A stretch of DNA of 64,000 nucleotides from an uncultured Chloroflexia bacterium (GTDB lineage: Bacteria > Chloroflexota > Dehalococcoidia > DSTF01 > JALHUB01), in assembly GCA_963703345.1 (NCBI GenBank), contig OY969814.1, positions 2,025,462-2,089,461 of the forward strand, read 5' to 3'. The translations under genes were made by a program, and so were the position numbers. The stretch's first letter is position 1. Each line of letters starts with the position of its first letter. Under the pieces are notes generated by a model, which saw nothing but the letters and a program-made list of their open reading frames with translations, searched no databases and had not been told where the DNA came from. Of the stretch, positions 1 through 9,351 are shown one piece after another.

Positions 1-2
1 AG

Positions 3-248
3 GACCCCGTTTGCGGGATGGAGATCGACAGCGAGACGGCGGCGGGAAGCTCGGAGTACGAGGGGACGACGTACTATTTCTGCGCGGAGGCCTGCAAGCA
101 CGATTTCGACATGGCGCCCTGGAAGTTCATGGCCAGCGCTGCCGGCCTGGCGGAGGCGATAGCCAAGTCGCCGGGGCCGGAGATGCCGGCGGGCCGCGCG
201 GAGCCGGCGGCGTCGAAGGCGAAGAAGTGGTGGGAGTTCTGGAAATAG
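3..248 (+). CDS. YHS/TRASH-type metal-binding domain protein, 5'-partial (reading frame open to window edge)
   Basis: Translation DPVCGMEID...TTYYFCAEACKHDFD matches the YHS domain signature; no stop between window start and first ATG. Confidence 0.55.
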   Translation, partial: DPVCGMEIDSETAAGSSEYEGTTYYFCAEACKHDFDMAPWKFMASAAGLAEAIAKSPGPEMPAGRAEPAASKAKKWWEFWK

Positions 249-281
249 CGTCGCCACCCCGCTGACACTCAGGTAGCCCTC

Positions 282-1388
282 ATGGATGGAATTGTTGTCG
301 CTGGCGCAGTTGTCGGCATCGCGGGCGGTATAACTGGGCTGGCCGGGGGCGTGGCTGGCGGCATCTCTGCGTACGTGAATTGGCGAGGCCACAAACACAC
401 CGTTCAGCGGGACGCTTTTCAGGACTACTGCGCGTCCTACGAGAAGCGCATCGCGATGCTGACCGAACTTGACGACCAGGAGAAGCTCAAGCAGACGCGC
501 GTTGAATACGAGCAAACGCTGCAAGCGTGGCAGCAGAAACAAGAATTGGCGGCCCTCGTCCCACGCGGTGCCGTGAGCGCCGACGCGCCGAGACTGCCAC
601 CAGAGCAGCTCGCTCAGCTTGCTGAACTGCTTGCGGGCAGCACCAGGCTGCCGGCCAATCTGCTAACCGCGGATGACTACTTCGCACGAGGCAACGCTTA
701 CTATGAGGCCGGTGATTATCAGCAGGCCCTAGAGGCGTACAATCGCGCACTGGAACTCGAGCCCGACCACCCCAATATCCTGAACAACCGCGGCAATGCC
801 CTCGACGAGTTGGAACGCTACGAGGAGGCACTCAAGGACTACAACCGCGCACTGGAACTCGAGCCCGACCACCCCAATATTCTAAATAACCGCGGCAACA
901 CCCTGGGCAACATGGGCCGAAATGGGGACGCCCTCAAGGACCTCGAGCGCGCCGTCGAACTCGAACCTGACAACGCCAGGCCCCTGTACAACCGCGGCAA
1001 CATCCTCCAACGTCTGGGACGCCATGAGGCGGCCCTCGGGGATCTGAACCGGGCCCTTGAACTGACGCCGAATGACGCGGATACCCTGTGCAGCCGGAGC
1101 ATCGCCCTGACCGCGCTTGAACGCCACGAGGAGGCGTTCAGAGACCTCAACCGCGCGCTGGAACTCAAACCGGGCGATCCGTGTACTCTGTACAATCGTG
1201 CCTGTGCGTACTCCCTGACGGGCAAGTCCGAGGAGGCTCTACCCGACCTTGAGGCGGCAATCAAAGGGGGCGAGAAATACCGCGCAGAAGCCAGGACCGA
1301 CGAGGACTTCGAGACGCTGCGAAATGACCCGGTGTACGGGCCGCAGTTCTGGGAGATCGTGGGGAGAGAGGACAGCACCGAGGCTTGA
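282..1388 (+). CDS. TPR-repeat protein with N-terminal Gly-rich transmembrane segment
   Basis: Repeated 34-aa units YNRALELEPDHPNILNNRGN...; N-terminal GAVVGIAGGITGLAGGVAGG hydrophobic stretch. Confidence 0.75.
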   Translation: MDGIVVAGAVVGIAGGITGLAGGVAGGISAYVNWRGHKHTVQRDAFQDYCASYEKRIAMLTELDDQEKLKQTRVEYEQTLQAWQQKQELAALVPRGAVSADAPRLPPEQLAQLAELLAGSTRLPANLLTADDYFARGNAYYEAGDYQQALEAYNRALELEPDHPNILNNRGNALDELERYEEALKDYNRALELEPDHPNILNNRGNTLGNMGRNGDALKDLERAVELEPDNARPLYNRGNILQRLGRHEAALGDLNRALELTPNDADTLCSRSIALTALERHEEAFRDLNRALELKPGDPCTLYNRACAYSLTGKSEEALPDLEAAIKGGEKYRAEARTDEDFETLRNDPVYGPQFWEIVGREDSTEA

Positions 1389-2371
1389 AGCCCCGTGTCT
1401 TCGTCACGAGGGAGCTGCCGGGCGACCCAACGCCGCGGCTGCGCGAGGTCGCCGACGTCGAGGTGTGGCCGCACGAGGAGCCGCCGTCGCACGAGGAGCT
1501 CATCCAGCGGGTCGCGGACGTCGACGCGCTGCTGACGATGCTCACCGACCCCATCGACGCGGCGGTGCTGAACGCGGGCCGGCGGCTGCGCATCGTCGCC
1601 CAAATGGCGGTGGGATACGACAACATCGACGTGGCGGCGGCGACGGAGCGCGGCATCCTGGTGACGAACACGCCGGGCGTGCTGACGGAGGCGACGGCGG
1701 ACTTGACCTTTGCGCTGCTGCTGGCGGCGGCGCGTCGCGTCGTCGAAGGCGACCGGCTGACGCGCACGGGCGGCTGGAAGAGCTGGCATCCGTCGTTCTT
1801 GCTGGGGCAGGAGGTGCACGGCGCCACGCTGGGCATCGTCGGCTTCGGGCAGATCGGGCAGGCGGTGGCGCGACGGGCCCGCGGCTTCGAGATGCGCATC
1901 CTCTACCACTCACGGACGCGGCGGCCGGAGGTAGAAGCGGAGCTCGGCGCGGAATATGCGGAGCTGGCGCGACTGCTGCGAGAGTCGGACTTCGTCAGCC
2001 TGCACGTGCCGCTGACGCCGGAGACGCGACGGATGATCGGCGAGCGGGAGCTGGCGCTGATGAAGCCGACGGCGGTGCTCGTGAACGCGGCGCGCGGAGC
2101 CGTCGTCGACCAGCGGGCGCTGTACGTCGCGCTCAAGGAGCGTCGCATCGCGGCGGCCGGGCTCGACGTGGCGGAGACGGAGCCGATCCCGCCGGACGAG
2201 CCGCTTCTCGCGCTGGACAACGTCGTCATCACACCGCACGTGGGCAGCGCCGGCGTCGCGACGAGGCGCAAGATGGCGGAGATGGCGGTCGAAAGCGTCC
2301 TTCAAGCCCTACGGGGCGAGCTGCCGCAGCATTGCGTGAATCCGGAGGCGCCGGCGCGGCGGAAGCGCTGA
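1385..2371 (+). CDS. D-isomer-specific 2-hydroxyacid dehydrogenase (glyoxylate/hydroxypyruvate reductase-like)
   Basis: VGYDNIDV...GIVGFGQIGQAVARRA NAD-binding Rossmann motif; TTG start overlapping upstream stop. Confidence 0.8.
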   Translation: MKPRVFVTRELPGDPTPRLREVADVEVWPHEEPPSHEELIQRVADVDALLTMLTDPIDAAVLNAGRRLRIVAQMAVGYDNIDVAAATERGILVTNTPGVLTEATADLTFALLLAAARRVVEGDRLTRTGGWKSWHPSFLLGQEVHGATLGIVGFGQIGQAVARRARGFEMRILYHSRTRRPEVEAELGAEYAELARLLRESDFVSLHVPLTPETRRMIGERELALMKPTAVLVNAARGAVVDQRALYVALKERRIAAAGLDVAETEPIPPDEPLLALDNVVITPHVGSAGVATRRKMAEMAVESVLQALRGELPQHCVNPEAPARRKR

Positions 2372-2436
2372 GGGGCTACGAATCGCGTCTAATTTCTGGT
2401 ATTATCTGACCATCATCCGATTGACAGGGACGTCTA

Positions 2437-3081
2437 TTGGTGCGCCCGCTCTCGCAGACCGGAAACCTTTGGCTCGCCCAGACGCTGTGGAAGCTGGGAG
2501 CCATCGAGTTCGGCGACTTCACGCTGGGCCGGACGGCCGTGCACTCGCCGGTCCACGTCAACCTGCGATTGCTGATCAGCAAGCCGTCGGCGCTGGCGCG
2601 GGCAGCGCGCGTCATTCGCGACGAGGTGCGGACGCGGCAGCGAATGCTGAACCCGCAAATCGCGCCTTTCCAGCTCGTCGCGGGGGTGCCGTTCGGCGGC
2701 GTGCATCTGGCGACGGCCTATTCGCTGACGGCGAAGGTGCCGCTCGTTTACATCCGGCCGCAGAATCCGGAGGGCGCGCGCATTGAGGGGCTGTACGAGC
2801 GGGGCCAGACGGTGCTCATCGTCGACGACCTGGTGACGGGCGGCCACAGCATCGTCGAGACGGCGGAGCGGCTGCGGAGCGAGGGCCTCCAGGTGAAGGA
2901 CGCGGTGGTGCTGGTGGACCGGCAGCAGGGCGGGCGGCAGTACCTGCGGCGGCACGGCATCAGCCTGAAGACGCTGCTGACGCTGCAGGTGATACTCAAC
3001 TACCTCATGTCGAGCGGGAAGATAACGGAGGAGTGGTACCGGCGGTCGCTGGCGTACCTGGAGGCGAACCGCGGACCGTAG
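2437..3081 (+). CDS. pyrE: orotate phosphoribosyltransferase
   Basis: LIVDDLVTGGHSIVE PRPP-binding motif; overall OPRTase-like sequence; GTG start. Confidence 0.85.
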   Translation: MVRPLSQTGNLWLAQTLWKLGAIEFGDFTLGRTAVHSPVHVNLRLLISKPSALARAARVIRDEVRTRQRMLNPQIAPFQLVAGVPFGGVHLATAYSLTAKVPLVYIRPQNPEGARIEGLYERGQTVLIVDDLVTGGHSIVETAERLRSEGLQVKDAVVLVDRQQGGRQYLRRHGISLKTLLTLQVILNYLMSSGKITEEWYRRSLAYLEANRGP

Positions 3082-3147
3082 TGCACCAGGGGATTAGCGG
3101 ACCCCCTCACATCCCTCTCAAGCAGCCACAGCGGGACAGCATTTCAC

Positions 3148-3363
3148 CTATAGCAAGCGGCGGATAGGCTTGCGGCCCGGACGCGGGTCGTAGTTCGTCT
3201 TAAACATCTCGAGCTTGTCGCGCTCGATGAGGTATTTCCCGGCGAAGATGAGCGCGGGGACCTTTCGCTGCTTGATGAGGCGTCGCAGGCTCTGAGGGTG
3301 GATGTTGAGCTCTCTGGCGGCCTCGACGAGGTCGAGGTAGTTGTGGAAGGGTTCGCTAACCAT
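3148..3363 (-). CDS. excisionase-family helix-turn-helix DNA-binding protein
   Basis: MVSEPFHNYLDLVEAARELNIHPQSLRRLIKQRKVPALIFAGKYLIERDKLEMF; start chosen at internal ATG with GCGGAG SD rather than upstream TTG. Confidence 0.6.
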   Translation of the reverse strand: MVSEPFHNYLDLVEAARELNIHPQSLRRLIKQRKVPALIFAGKYLIERDKLEMFKTNYDPRPGRKPIRRLL

Positions 3364-3373
3364 GGGCGACTCC

Positions 3374-3412
3374 GCTGGTAATATGCTAAGACGCGTCAGT
3401 GAGTATACCAGC
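3374..3412. promoter_or_regulatory. Inverted repeat GCTGGTA-N22-TACCAGC in 5' leader of HTH gene; candidate operator
   Basis: 7-bp perfect inverted arms flanking TAGCAT/TATACT-like hexamers directly upstream of the HTH start codon. Confidence 0.25.
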
Positions 3413-3434
3413 ATTGTCAAGCGAAAGGCCAGCC

Positions 3435-5600
3435 CTACCTACTGAACAGGATCTTGCTCCCGTCCGGCGACCAGTCCACGCCGTCGCCGTCCACGAGCTT
3501 CTGCTCGCCTGAGCCGTCGACGTTGACCAGGTAGCTGACGAAGCGTCTGTCCTCGAACCTCGAGACTACCAGCTTCTGCCCGTCGGGCGTCCAGCTCTCG
3601 GCAGTGCCGTCGGTGACGAGGCGCGCCGGGCCCGGGCTATCGACATCGACGACGTAGATTCCGGCTTGGTCCGCGGAATCGGCGAAGCGGAACGCCAGCT
3701 TTCGCCCGTCAGGCGACCAGCTAGGCGCGTAGGGAGCGCTTGAGAAAGGAACTGTGTCGCTGGTCATCTTCTCAACGACAACGCGTTCGCCGGAGCCGTC
3801 CGGCTTGATCACGTGCACCTCGGCATTGACGATGAAGGCGATGAGATCGCCTCGCGGTGACCAGGCAGCCCAGGCGCCCTCAGCCAGACGCTGCGACTGC
3901 CTGCCGCTGATAGTTTGAGTGAAGACCGCGCAGGTGTACGGCGGGCCCACGCTACCGGTAAAGACGAGCTCATCGCCCTTCGGTGACCAGTTCGGGCCGC
4001 TGCCGCCGCCAATCTGAAGCGGCGAAGCGGAGCCGTCTGAAGGCGCAAGATACATGCCCCCCTTAACGTTTGCGCCGTTCTCGGTGTAATAGACGATGTA
4101 TTTGCCGTTCGGCGACCAGGAATCGCCGGAGGCGCCGATGCAGAAGTCGCCAATATCGTCGAAGGAGTAATCGCCGAGGCGGACCAGCGATCCGCCCGCG
4201 ATGTCGGCGGCGTACAAGGAGCCCCAGGCGCCAAGTGCAGCTTCGCCGACCGCGAATTCGATGCGTGTGCCGTCGGGAGACCATTCGGGCGCATGGCCTA
4301 CGGTAAGCAGGCGCTCGCCGGAGCCGTCAGCGTTAGCCACGTAGATGTCGCTGTCGCCCGGATTGAAAGCGAACAGCAGCGTCGATCCGTCCGGCGACCA
4401 GCTCGGTTCTCTCATGTAGGGTATGATGCTATCGGTGACCCGCGTTTCGTTGCTCGTGGAAAGATTCCTGACATACACGTTCCCATCGCGGACCAAGGCG
4501 AGGTGCACGTCGTCGCTGGACAGAGCGGGAGACGTGCCATCGATGAGGACTTGAGAGGCGCTGCCTTCCGCGGGGAACAAGCCTATGTGCGCCCCATTCT
4601 CGCTCCAGACCGATACCACAACCGAGTCCCCGCGGGCGCTCCAGGCTTCGGGATAGCCGTCGCCGATTGGACGGGGGGACCGGCTGTCGCCGAGAGGCCA
4701 GACACATGTCTTGAATGGGCCTCCGTTGCCGCATTCGAGAGCAAGCGTCGAACCGTCCGGCGACCATACGGCTTGAGCCGCATCTTGCACTCCCGTCAGA
4801 GGCGTGCCGTCTCTGGCGAACACGTCCGTCTCATTCTTCCAGTTGGCCCCTTGAAAACTGAGTACGAAGCATTGCCCGTTCGGGGACCACGCGAGGTTGC
4901 CGCCGTCCTCGGGGAGCGTGACAAGTTGGACCGGCGGCCCACCGTCCAGGGGGACTTGTGTCAGGACCCTCGTCGCCTGGCCGCTCAACTCTTCCCACAG
5001 CATGACGTGTTCCTCTCCATCCCATGCGATGCGATAGACGAAGCCGGGCGTTGGCAGATTCCTCATTTCGCCGGTCATCAGATCGAGCACAATCAACGAG
5101 GCTCCATCGCCGGTGCTCCCAACGAAGGCGACCTTTGTCCCGGCGGGCGACCAGGAGAGTCCACCGCTGGCGCCTGCCGTGGCGGTCCAGGCGGAGACGT
5201 TGGCGACGTAGCGGAGCGCGGAACCGTCGGCGTTGGCGGCGTAGATACCGCGGGCGTAGCCGGAGAGGACCTGGAGCGGCGTTTGGCCAACGACGTTCAG
5301 CGGTCCGGCGGGAGCGGCAGCGCGACCGATGCAGGCGTTCAGGCCGCCCGGCAGAGGAGAAGGCTTGGGCATCACGACATCGTTGGAGCCGTCCTGCGTC
5401 GCGGGCGTCTCTGGAGAGGGTGTTGCCTGCGGCGTATCTGTCAGCGGAGTCGAACCGGGTGTGGTCGTTGCCGAGGGGCTGACGGTTGAAAGAGGGGCTT
5501 CGGCGTCCTTGGACGCGACTGTGCCGCCGCCGCACGAGGCAGAGGCAAGGCAGGAGATGATCAATAAAGTGGAGGCTAGCCACGAGATGTGTCGAGACAT
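3435..5600 (-). CDS. TolB-like PD40 (WD40-like) beta-propeller repeat lipoprotein
   Basis: At least 8 repeats of WSPDG(S/T)xL(A/L)F; N-term MSRHISWLASTLLIISC lipobox; AAGGAG RBS before ATG at 5600. Confidence 0.75.
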   Translation of the reverse strand: MSRHISWLASTLLIISCLASASCGGGTVASKDAEAPLSTVSPSATTTPGSTPLTDTPQATPSPETPATQDGSNDVVMPKPSPLPGGLNACIGRAAAPAGPLNVVGQTPLQVLSGYARGIYAANADGSALRYVANVSAWTATAGASGGLSWSPAGTKVAFVGSTGDGASLIVLDLMTGEMRNLPTPGFVYRIAWDGEEHVMLWEELSGQATRVLTQVPLDGGPPVQLVTLPEDGGNLAWSPNGQCFVLSFQGANWKNETDVFARDGTPLTGVQDAAQAVWSPDGSTLALECGNGGPFKTCVWPLGDSRSPRPIGDGYPEAWSARGDSVVVSVWSENGAHIGLFPAEGSASQVLIDGTSPALSSDDVHLALVRDGNVYVRNLSTSNETRVTDSIIPYMREPSWSPDGSTLLFAFNPGDSDIYVANADGSGERLLTVGHAPEWSPDGTRIEFAVGEAALGAWGSLYAADIAGGSLVRLGDYSFDDIGDFCIGASGDSWSPNGKYIVYYTENGANVKGGMYLAPSDGSASPLQIGGGSGPNWSPKGDELVFTGSVGPPYTCAVFTQTISGRQSQRLAEGAWAAWSPRGDLIAFIVNAEVHVIKPDGSGERVVVEKMTSDTVPFSSAPYAPSWSPDGRKLAFRFADSADQAGIYVVDVDSPGPARLVTDGTAESWTPDGQKLVVSRFEDRRFVSYLVNVDGSGEQKLVDGDGVDWSPDGSKILFSR

Positions 5601-5661
5601 TGATTCACTCCTTTGCCGGCCCGCCTCGGCTGGTTGACGACGAACGGACGGTCCCTTTTCT

Positions 5662-7029
5662 CTAACGTTGCGGTCGGCCTTTGACGTGCCGCCGGGCGGT
5701 GAAAGCGAACGCAGCGAAGCCGAAGGCGGCGAACGCGAGAGCAGCAGAAAGCGACCCGCCATTGGCAGGCGGCGGGCCGTCGCCGGTCGAAGGCAGACCG
5801 ATAGAGACTCCAGCAACCGGTGTGCTGCTTGCCGGTGGAACTGCCGCAGGGGTGCCAGTATCTGCGAGAGGTACCACAGGTGCAACCGTGGGTAACGCAG
5901 AGTCTGGGTTTGGGGCCAGTCCGAAATCGATGTTGCCTATCGACCCACCCTCGCCGACGGATATAAGGCGGAATGAAAACCCGCCTTGTCCCGGCGGCTG
6001 CATTATGGCCACCCAGTAGTCGCCGGCGGCCAGTCCGTCGTATGCGTAGGCGCCGTGGGCCGCAGCAGTTGTGATCCTCGAATCCACCGGGGCATAGCCC
6101 TTCGGCGTGCGATACATCAGCCCCATCCAGCAGTCGCAGTCAACAAGCGGCTCATCGGCATCGCGAAATCCATTGCTGTTCTTATCCCAGTAGACGGCGC
6201 CGGATATCGAGCTGGTGCCGCTTACGTTCAGAAGTCCGATGAGGAGATTGCCGGTCCCATTCTCAGGAACATCGACATGCGGCTGAAACTGGAAGGACGG
6301 GAAGCCGTCCCCGGATTGACTGGAAGTCCCAGGGAAGTCCACGACGTAATCGGGGTGCGGAACGCCGGACGGCCCTAGCCCGTCCAGACCGTACGCTCCG
6401 GCCGCAAGCCCGCTGAAGTGGAAGGAGCCGTCGGGGGCCGTGTAGGTGACCTGGTATTGCTGCGGAAAGCACCTACCTCCGCCGCTGCCACCGTTGACCT
6501 GCCAACCGGCGACACCGGGTTCCGACGGGTCGGCGACGCCGTCACGATTCTCATCCCATACGATCCTACCCGCGATGCTACCGTCCTTGGACGGTGGCGC
6601 GTCGATCGTTTTGATCAGCAAGGCGAGATAGTCATTGTTGGGTGAGTCTTCTGTTATCTCGGCTCCGGCGCTGCCTGAGTCATTCGGCCACATGTCGATC
6701 CACAGCCCCGGCTCTCCATCGCATGGAACCGACAGACTGTAGTTGCCGATGGGCAGGTTTTCGAAAACGTACTTGCCGTCGCGGCTGGTCCGCGTTTCCC
6801 AAACCAGCGGCGTTTGGCCCTCTTCAACGTCCTTCTCGAGCACGATCCGCCAGTCAACCAGGCCGGGTTCGCCGGGTTGCTCGACGCCGTCTCCATTCAA
6901 GTCGTTGATTATCCGGCCGGAGATGGTGCCGCCAGCCGCCGCCCGGGCCGTTGGGCTAATGCCACCGACGCCAATCGCGAGCACGGCGACGGAAGCGACC
7001 ATGCCTATCGATAAAAGCTCCTTGTTCAT
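5662..7029 (-). CDS. SdrD B-like/CnaB-type repeat surface protein with C-terminal LPSTG sorting signal
   Basis: Signal peptide; repeated GRI(I/V)NDLNGDGVxQPGEPGL modules; C-term LPSTG + hydrophobic segment + RRHVKGRPQR; AAGGAG RBS. Confidence 0.7.
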   Translation of the reverse strand: MNKELLSIGMVASVAVLAIGVGGISPTARAAAGGTISGRIINDLNGDGVEQPGEPGLVDWRIVLEKDVEEGQTPLVWETRTSRDGKYVFENLPIGNYSLSVPCDGEPGLWIDMWPNDSGSAGAEITEDSPNNDYLALLIKTIDAPPSKDGSIAGRIVWDENRDGVADPSEPGVAGWQVNGGSGGGRCFPQQYQVTYTAPDGSFHFSGLAAGAYGLDGLGPSGVPHPDYVVDFPGTSSQSGDGFPSFQFQPHVDVPENGTGNLLIGLLNVSGTSSISGAVYWDKNSNGFRDADEPLVDCDCWMGLMYRTPKGYAPVDSRITTAAAHGAYAYDGLAAGDYWVAIMQPPGQGGFSFRLISVGEGGSIGNIDFGLAPNPDSALPTVAPVVPLADTGTPAAVPPASSTPVAGVSIGLPSTGDGPPPANGGSLSAALAFAAFGFAAFAFTARRHVKGRPQR

Positions 7030-7046
7030 CGTGTTTCTCCTTGTGC

Positions 7047-8450
7047 TCAGGAGCGTCGTCTTCGAACCATGCGAATCGTTAGCGTGAGTGCGCCGGCGCC
7101 AAGAAATGCGAGGGCGAAGGGGGTGGCAGAGGCGTCGCCTGCGGCCGGCGATGGGCCGCTGCCGGTGTTCGGTGCCGAGAGGGTCGGCTCAGGCCGCACC
7201 TGAACAATGTGAGGCGCCGGCGTCGGCACAGCCGGCGGTGGTGCAATGGCGAGATTCACGCCGGTCATCGCCTGTCCTCTGGAGAGGGTCAGATCAGAAG
7301 AACGGAAGATCGACGGTTGAAGCCAGCCAACGTATGCAGAGACAACATACCGGCCCGGAGCGAGTCCCGCGTAGGTGAATACCCCATCCTTAACCGGCGG
7401 AAAGAAGGGACCCCAGGGATTCACTATGATTAGTCCCTGCTTTGTCACGTAGTGAAGGGCCATTAGGTTCGGGCGGTAGCCGGAGTCGCCTTGATCGCGG
7501 ACCTCGTTACCGTTCTGGTCGAGGAATACGTCCCCGGATATTGACCCATCTCCGACCAAGAGGCCGATGCATTGGTCGGTCGTCGCTTTCATTGAGCCTT
7601 TGGCTAGTTTCACCTCCGACGAAGCGGCAAGGAGGGTATTGCCCAATGTCGGATCGGTTTGAGCAGAAACGGGGCAGGTCTGGATCCACGCAGTCGGCGG
7701 GGCGACCGGAGCTTCGGAAGTGCTAACGGCGCTCTGACTATCTATTCCGATGACCCGGGGGCCTCCGCCCGGGGGGACGATAAGGCCTTCGCCACCGACC
7801 GTGTACGTTCCTTCGACGAGGCCCTTGATATCAAAGACTCCGCGCGCGTCGGTGGTAACATAGGTGAGGTTTGCCTCGTCTTCTCCAGGGCAGAAGTAGA
7901 TCGGGCTTTCGCGATTTATGCCCACCTGCCAACCTGCAAGTCCTTGCTCGCGACGGTCCGGATTCCCGTTCATGTTGGCGTCGTTGACGATCTTGCCGGT
8001 GATTTCCCCATCAGTCCGAAGCGGCTCCGCGGGTATTTGCACGAGGAGATCCACATCGGTCGTGAACCTGGGAACGAAATCAGGTTGATGAAGCTTGTCG
8101 GGCGCGGTACGAATCCTGTCTACGATCGGCTGACCATCGCATGGCAGGAGCACTTGGTAGGCGTCTTCGGCCAAACCTGAGAATTTGTACGATCCATCGG
8201 GGCCAGTTAGAGTTTCGGCAATGAAGATAATCCCCCCACCGACCGGCTGATGATTCTTGTTCAGGACGACTCGCCAGCCGGAGAGGCCTGGCTCGTTCGG
8301 CTGCTGGACGCCGTCTCCATTCAGGTCGTTGATTATGCGGCCCGAGATTGTGCCGCCGCCCGCTCCGACCGCCGGGCTGACGCCTTTCAGCGCAACAGCC
8401 CCGAGCGCGACGGCGACACAACATCCTAGAAGCACGAGTCTCTTATGCAT
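7047..8450 (-). CDS. Paralogous SdrD B-like/CnaB-type repeat surface protein with variant (APNTG) sorting signal
   Basis: Same GRIINDLNGDGVQQPNEPGL module as neighbour; C-term ...APNTGSG...hydrophobic...RRRRS; start at ATG 8450 with GGAAGGA RBS. Confidence 0.7.
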   Translation of the reverse strand: MHKRLVLLGCCVAVALGAVALKGVSPAVGAGGGTISGRIINDLNGDGVQQPNEPGLSGWRVVLNKNHQPVGGGIIFIAETLTGPDGSYKFSGLAEDAYQVLLPCDGQPIVDRIRTAPDKLHQPDFVPRFTTDVDLLVQIPAEPLRTDGEITGKIVNDANMNGNPDRREQGLAGWQVGINRESPIYFCPGEDEANLTYVTTDARGVFDIKGLVEGTYTVGGEGLIVPPGGGPRVIGIDSQSAVSTSEAPVAPPTAWIQTCPVSAQTDPTLGNTLLAASSEVKLAKGSMKATTDQCIGLLVGDGSISGDVFLDQNGNEVRDQGDSGYRPNLMALHYVTKQGLIIVNPWGPFFPPVKDGVFTYAGLAPGRYVVSAYVGWLQPSIFRSSDLTLSRGQAMTGVNLAIAPPPAVPTPAPHIVQVRPEPTLSAPNTGSGPSPAAGDASATPFALAFLGAGALTLTIRMVRRRRS

Positions 8451-8542
8451 GATTCCTTCCTCTGCGGGGAGAGGGCTCGCCACCTACACCTTTGATATTT
8501 CGTACAACGCGCAGGCGCCACATAAGTTAACGCCGGCTTCCG

Positions 8543-8572
8543 TTGACTGCTGATCGCCAGGCGCTTTAAGAT
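8543..8572 (+). promoter_or_regulatory. Sigma70-like promoter for the acetyl-CoA synthetase genes
   Basis: TTGACT-17 nt-TTAAGAT about 40 nt upstream of ATG 8611. Confidence 0.4.
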
Positions 8573-8610
8573 ACGGTCGCGTCAATCAATCTAGAACGGA
8601 GCGCTGCCCC

Positions 8611-9303
8611 ATGAGCATCGCCAGCATCATCGACAGAGCTAAGAACGACGGTCGCAAGCTGCTGACGGAGGTGGAGTCGAAGGAGATCCTGGAGGAGGCC
8701 GGCATCCCCACGGCCCGCGCCCGCCTGGCGACGAACGCCGGCGAGGCGGCGGCGGCGGCACAGGAGATGGGCTTCCCGGTAGCGCTGAAGGTTGTGTCGC
8801 GGGAGATAACGCACAAGAGCGACGTCGGCGGCGTGAAGCTGAACGTTGCCACGCCGGCGGAGGCGAAGGCGGCCTTCGACGAGATCGTGGCGGCGGCGAA
8901 GAAGGCACAGCCGGACGCCCGGATCGACGGCGTGTCGGTGCAGAAGATGGCGCGCCCGGGCATCGAGGTGATCATGGGGATGAGCCAGGACGCGCAGTTC
9001 GGGCCGGTGCTCATGTTCGGCCTCGGCGGCATTCTCGTCGAGGTGCTGAAGGACGTATCTTTCCGCCTGGTGCCGATAACACCGCGGGATGCCCGCCAGA
9101 TGGTGCAGGACATCAAGGGCCGGCCGCTGCTGGAGGGCTACCGCGGACAGGAGCCGGCGGACGTGGCGGCGCTGGAGAAGCTGCTGCTGCGCCTGTCCGA
9201 CTTCGTCGAGGCGCATCCGGAGATCGCCGAGCTGGACTTGAACCCCATCTTCGCCTACAAGGACGGCGCTGTGGCCGTCGACGCGCGCATCATCCTTTCC
9301 TAG
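8611..9303 (+). CDS. acetate--CoA ligase (ADP-forming), ATP-grasp (beta) subunit
   Basis: LTEVESKEILEEAGIP...VALKVVS...DVGGVKLNV matches the ATP-grasp domain of NDP-forming acyl-CoA synthetases. Confidence 0.75.
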   Translation: MSIASIIDRAKNDGRKLLTEVESKEILEEAGIPTARARLATNAGEAAAAAQEMGFPVALKVVSREITHKSDVGGVKLNVATPAEAKAAFDEIVAAAKKAQPDARIDGVSVQKMARPGIEVIMGMSQDAQFGPVLMFGLGGILVEVLKDVSFRLVPITPRDARQMVQDIKGRPLLEGYRGQEPADVAALEKLLLRLSDFVEAHPEIAELDLNPIFAYKDGAVAVDARIILS

Positions 9304-9351
9304 CAGCGCGCCAACATTCTCGTTACGATACCTCGACGGAGCCCGGCCGTC

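Noticed and set aside
839-2409. Long ORFs antisense to or out of frame with real genes: 839-1909(-), 1249-2409(+), 4293-5489(+), 8566-9894(-), 9931-11676(-), 16834-18183(-), 21994-23046(-), 23734-24708(-), 25693-26661(-), 35275-36741(-), 38054-39076(-), 38955-40253(-), 41040-42103(-), 43735-45324(-), 46500-48491(-) and others
   Set aside because: At ~68% GC, stop codons are depleted in non-coding frames. These ORFs are Arg/Ala/Pro/Gly-rich with low-complexity composition and overlap clearly recognisable genes on the other strand or frame.
3148-3363. Integrated mobile element or prophage suggested by the excisionase-family HTH
   Set aside because: No integrase, recombinase, transposase or attachment-site repeats are found anywhere in the window. 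The HTH is more likely a small MerR/Xis-fold regulator of the adjacent surface-protein genes.
3435-5885. Longer N-terminal extensions given by the ORF track for several genes (TolB-like from 5885, HTH from 3420, mraZ from 25867, pth from 13244, nrdR from 42372, nrdJ from 43681, yggU from 51300, RecX from 52320, PHP from 55575, murG read-through 33500-35608)
   Set aside because: The extensions are Arg/Pro-rich and non-homologous. Internal ATG/GTG starts coincide with conserved family N-termini and good Shine-Dalgarno sequences, so the shorter coordinates were used.
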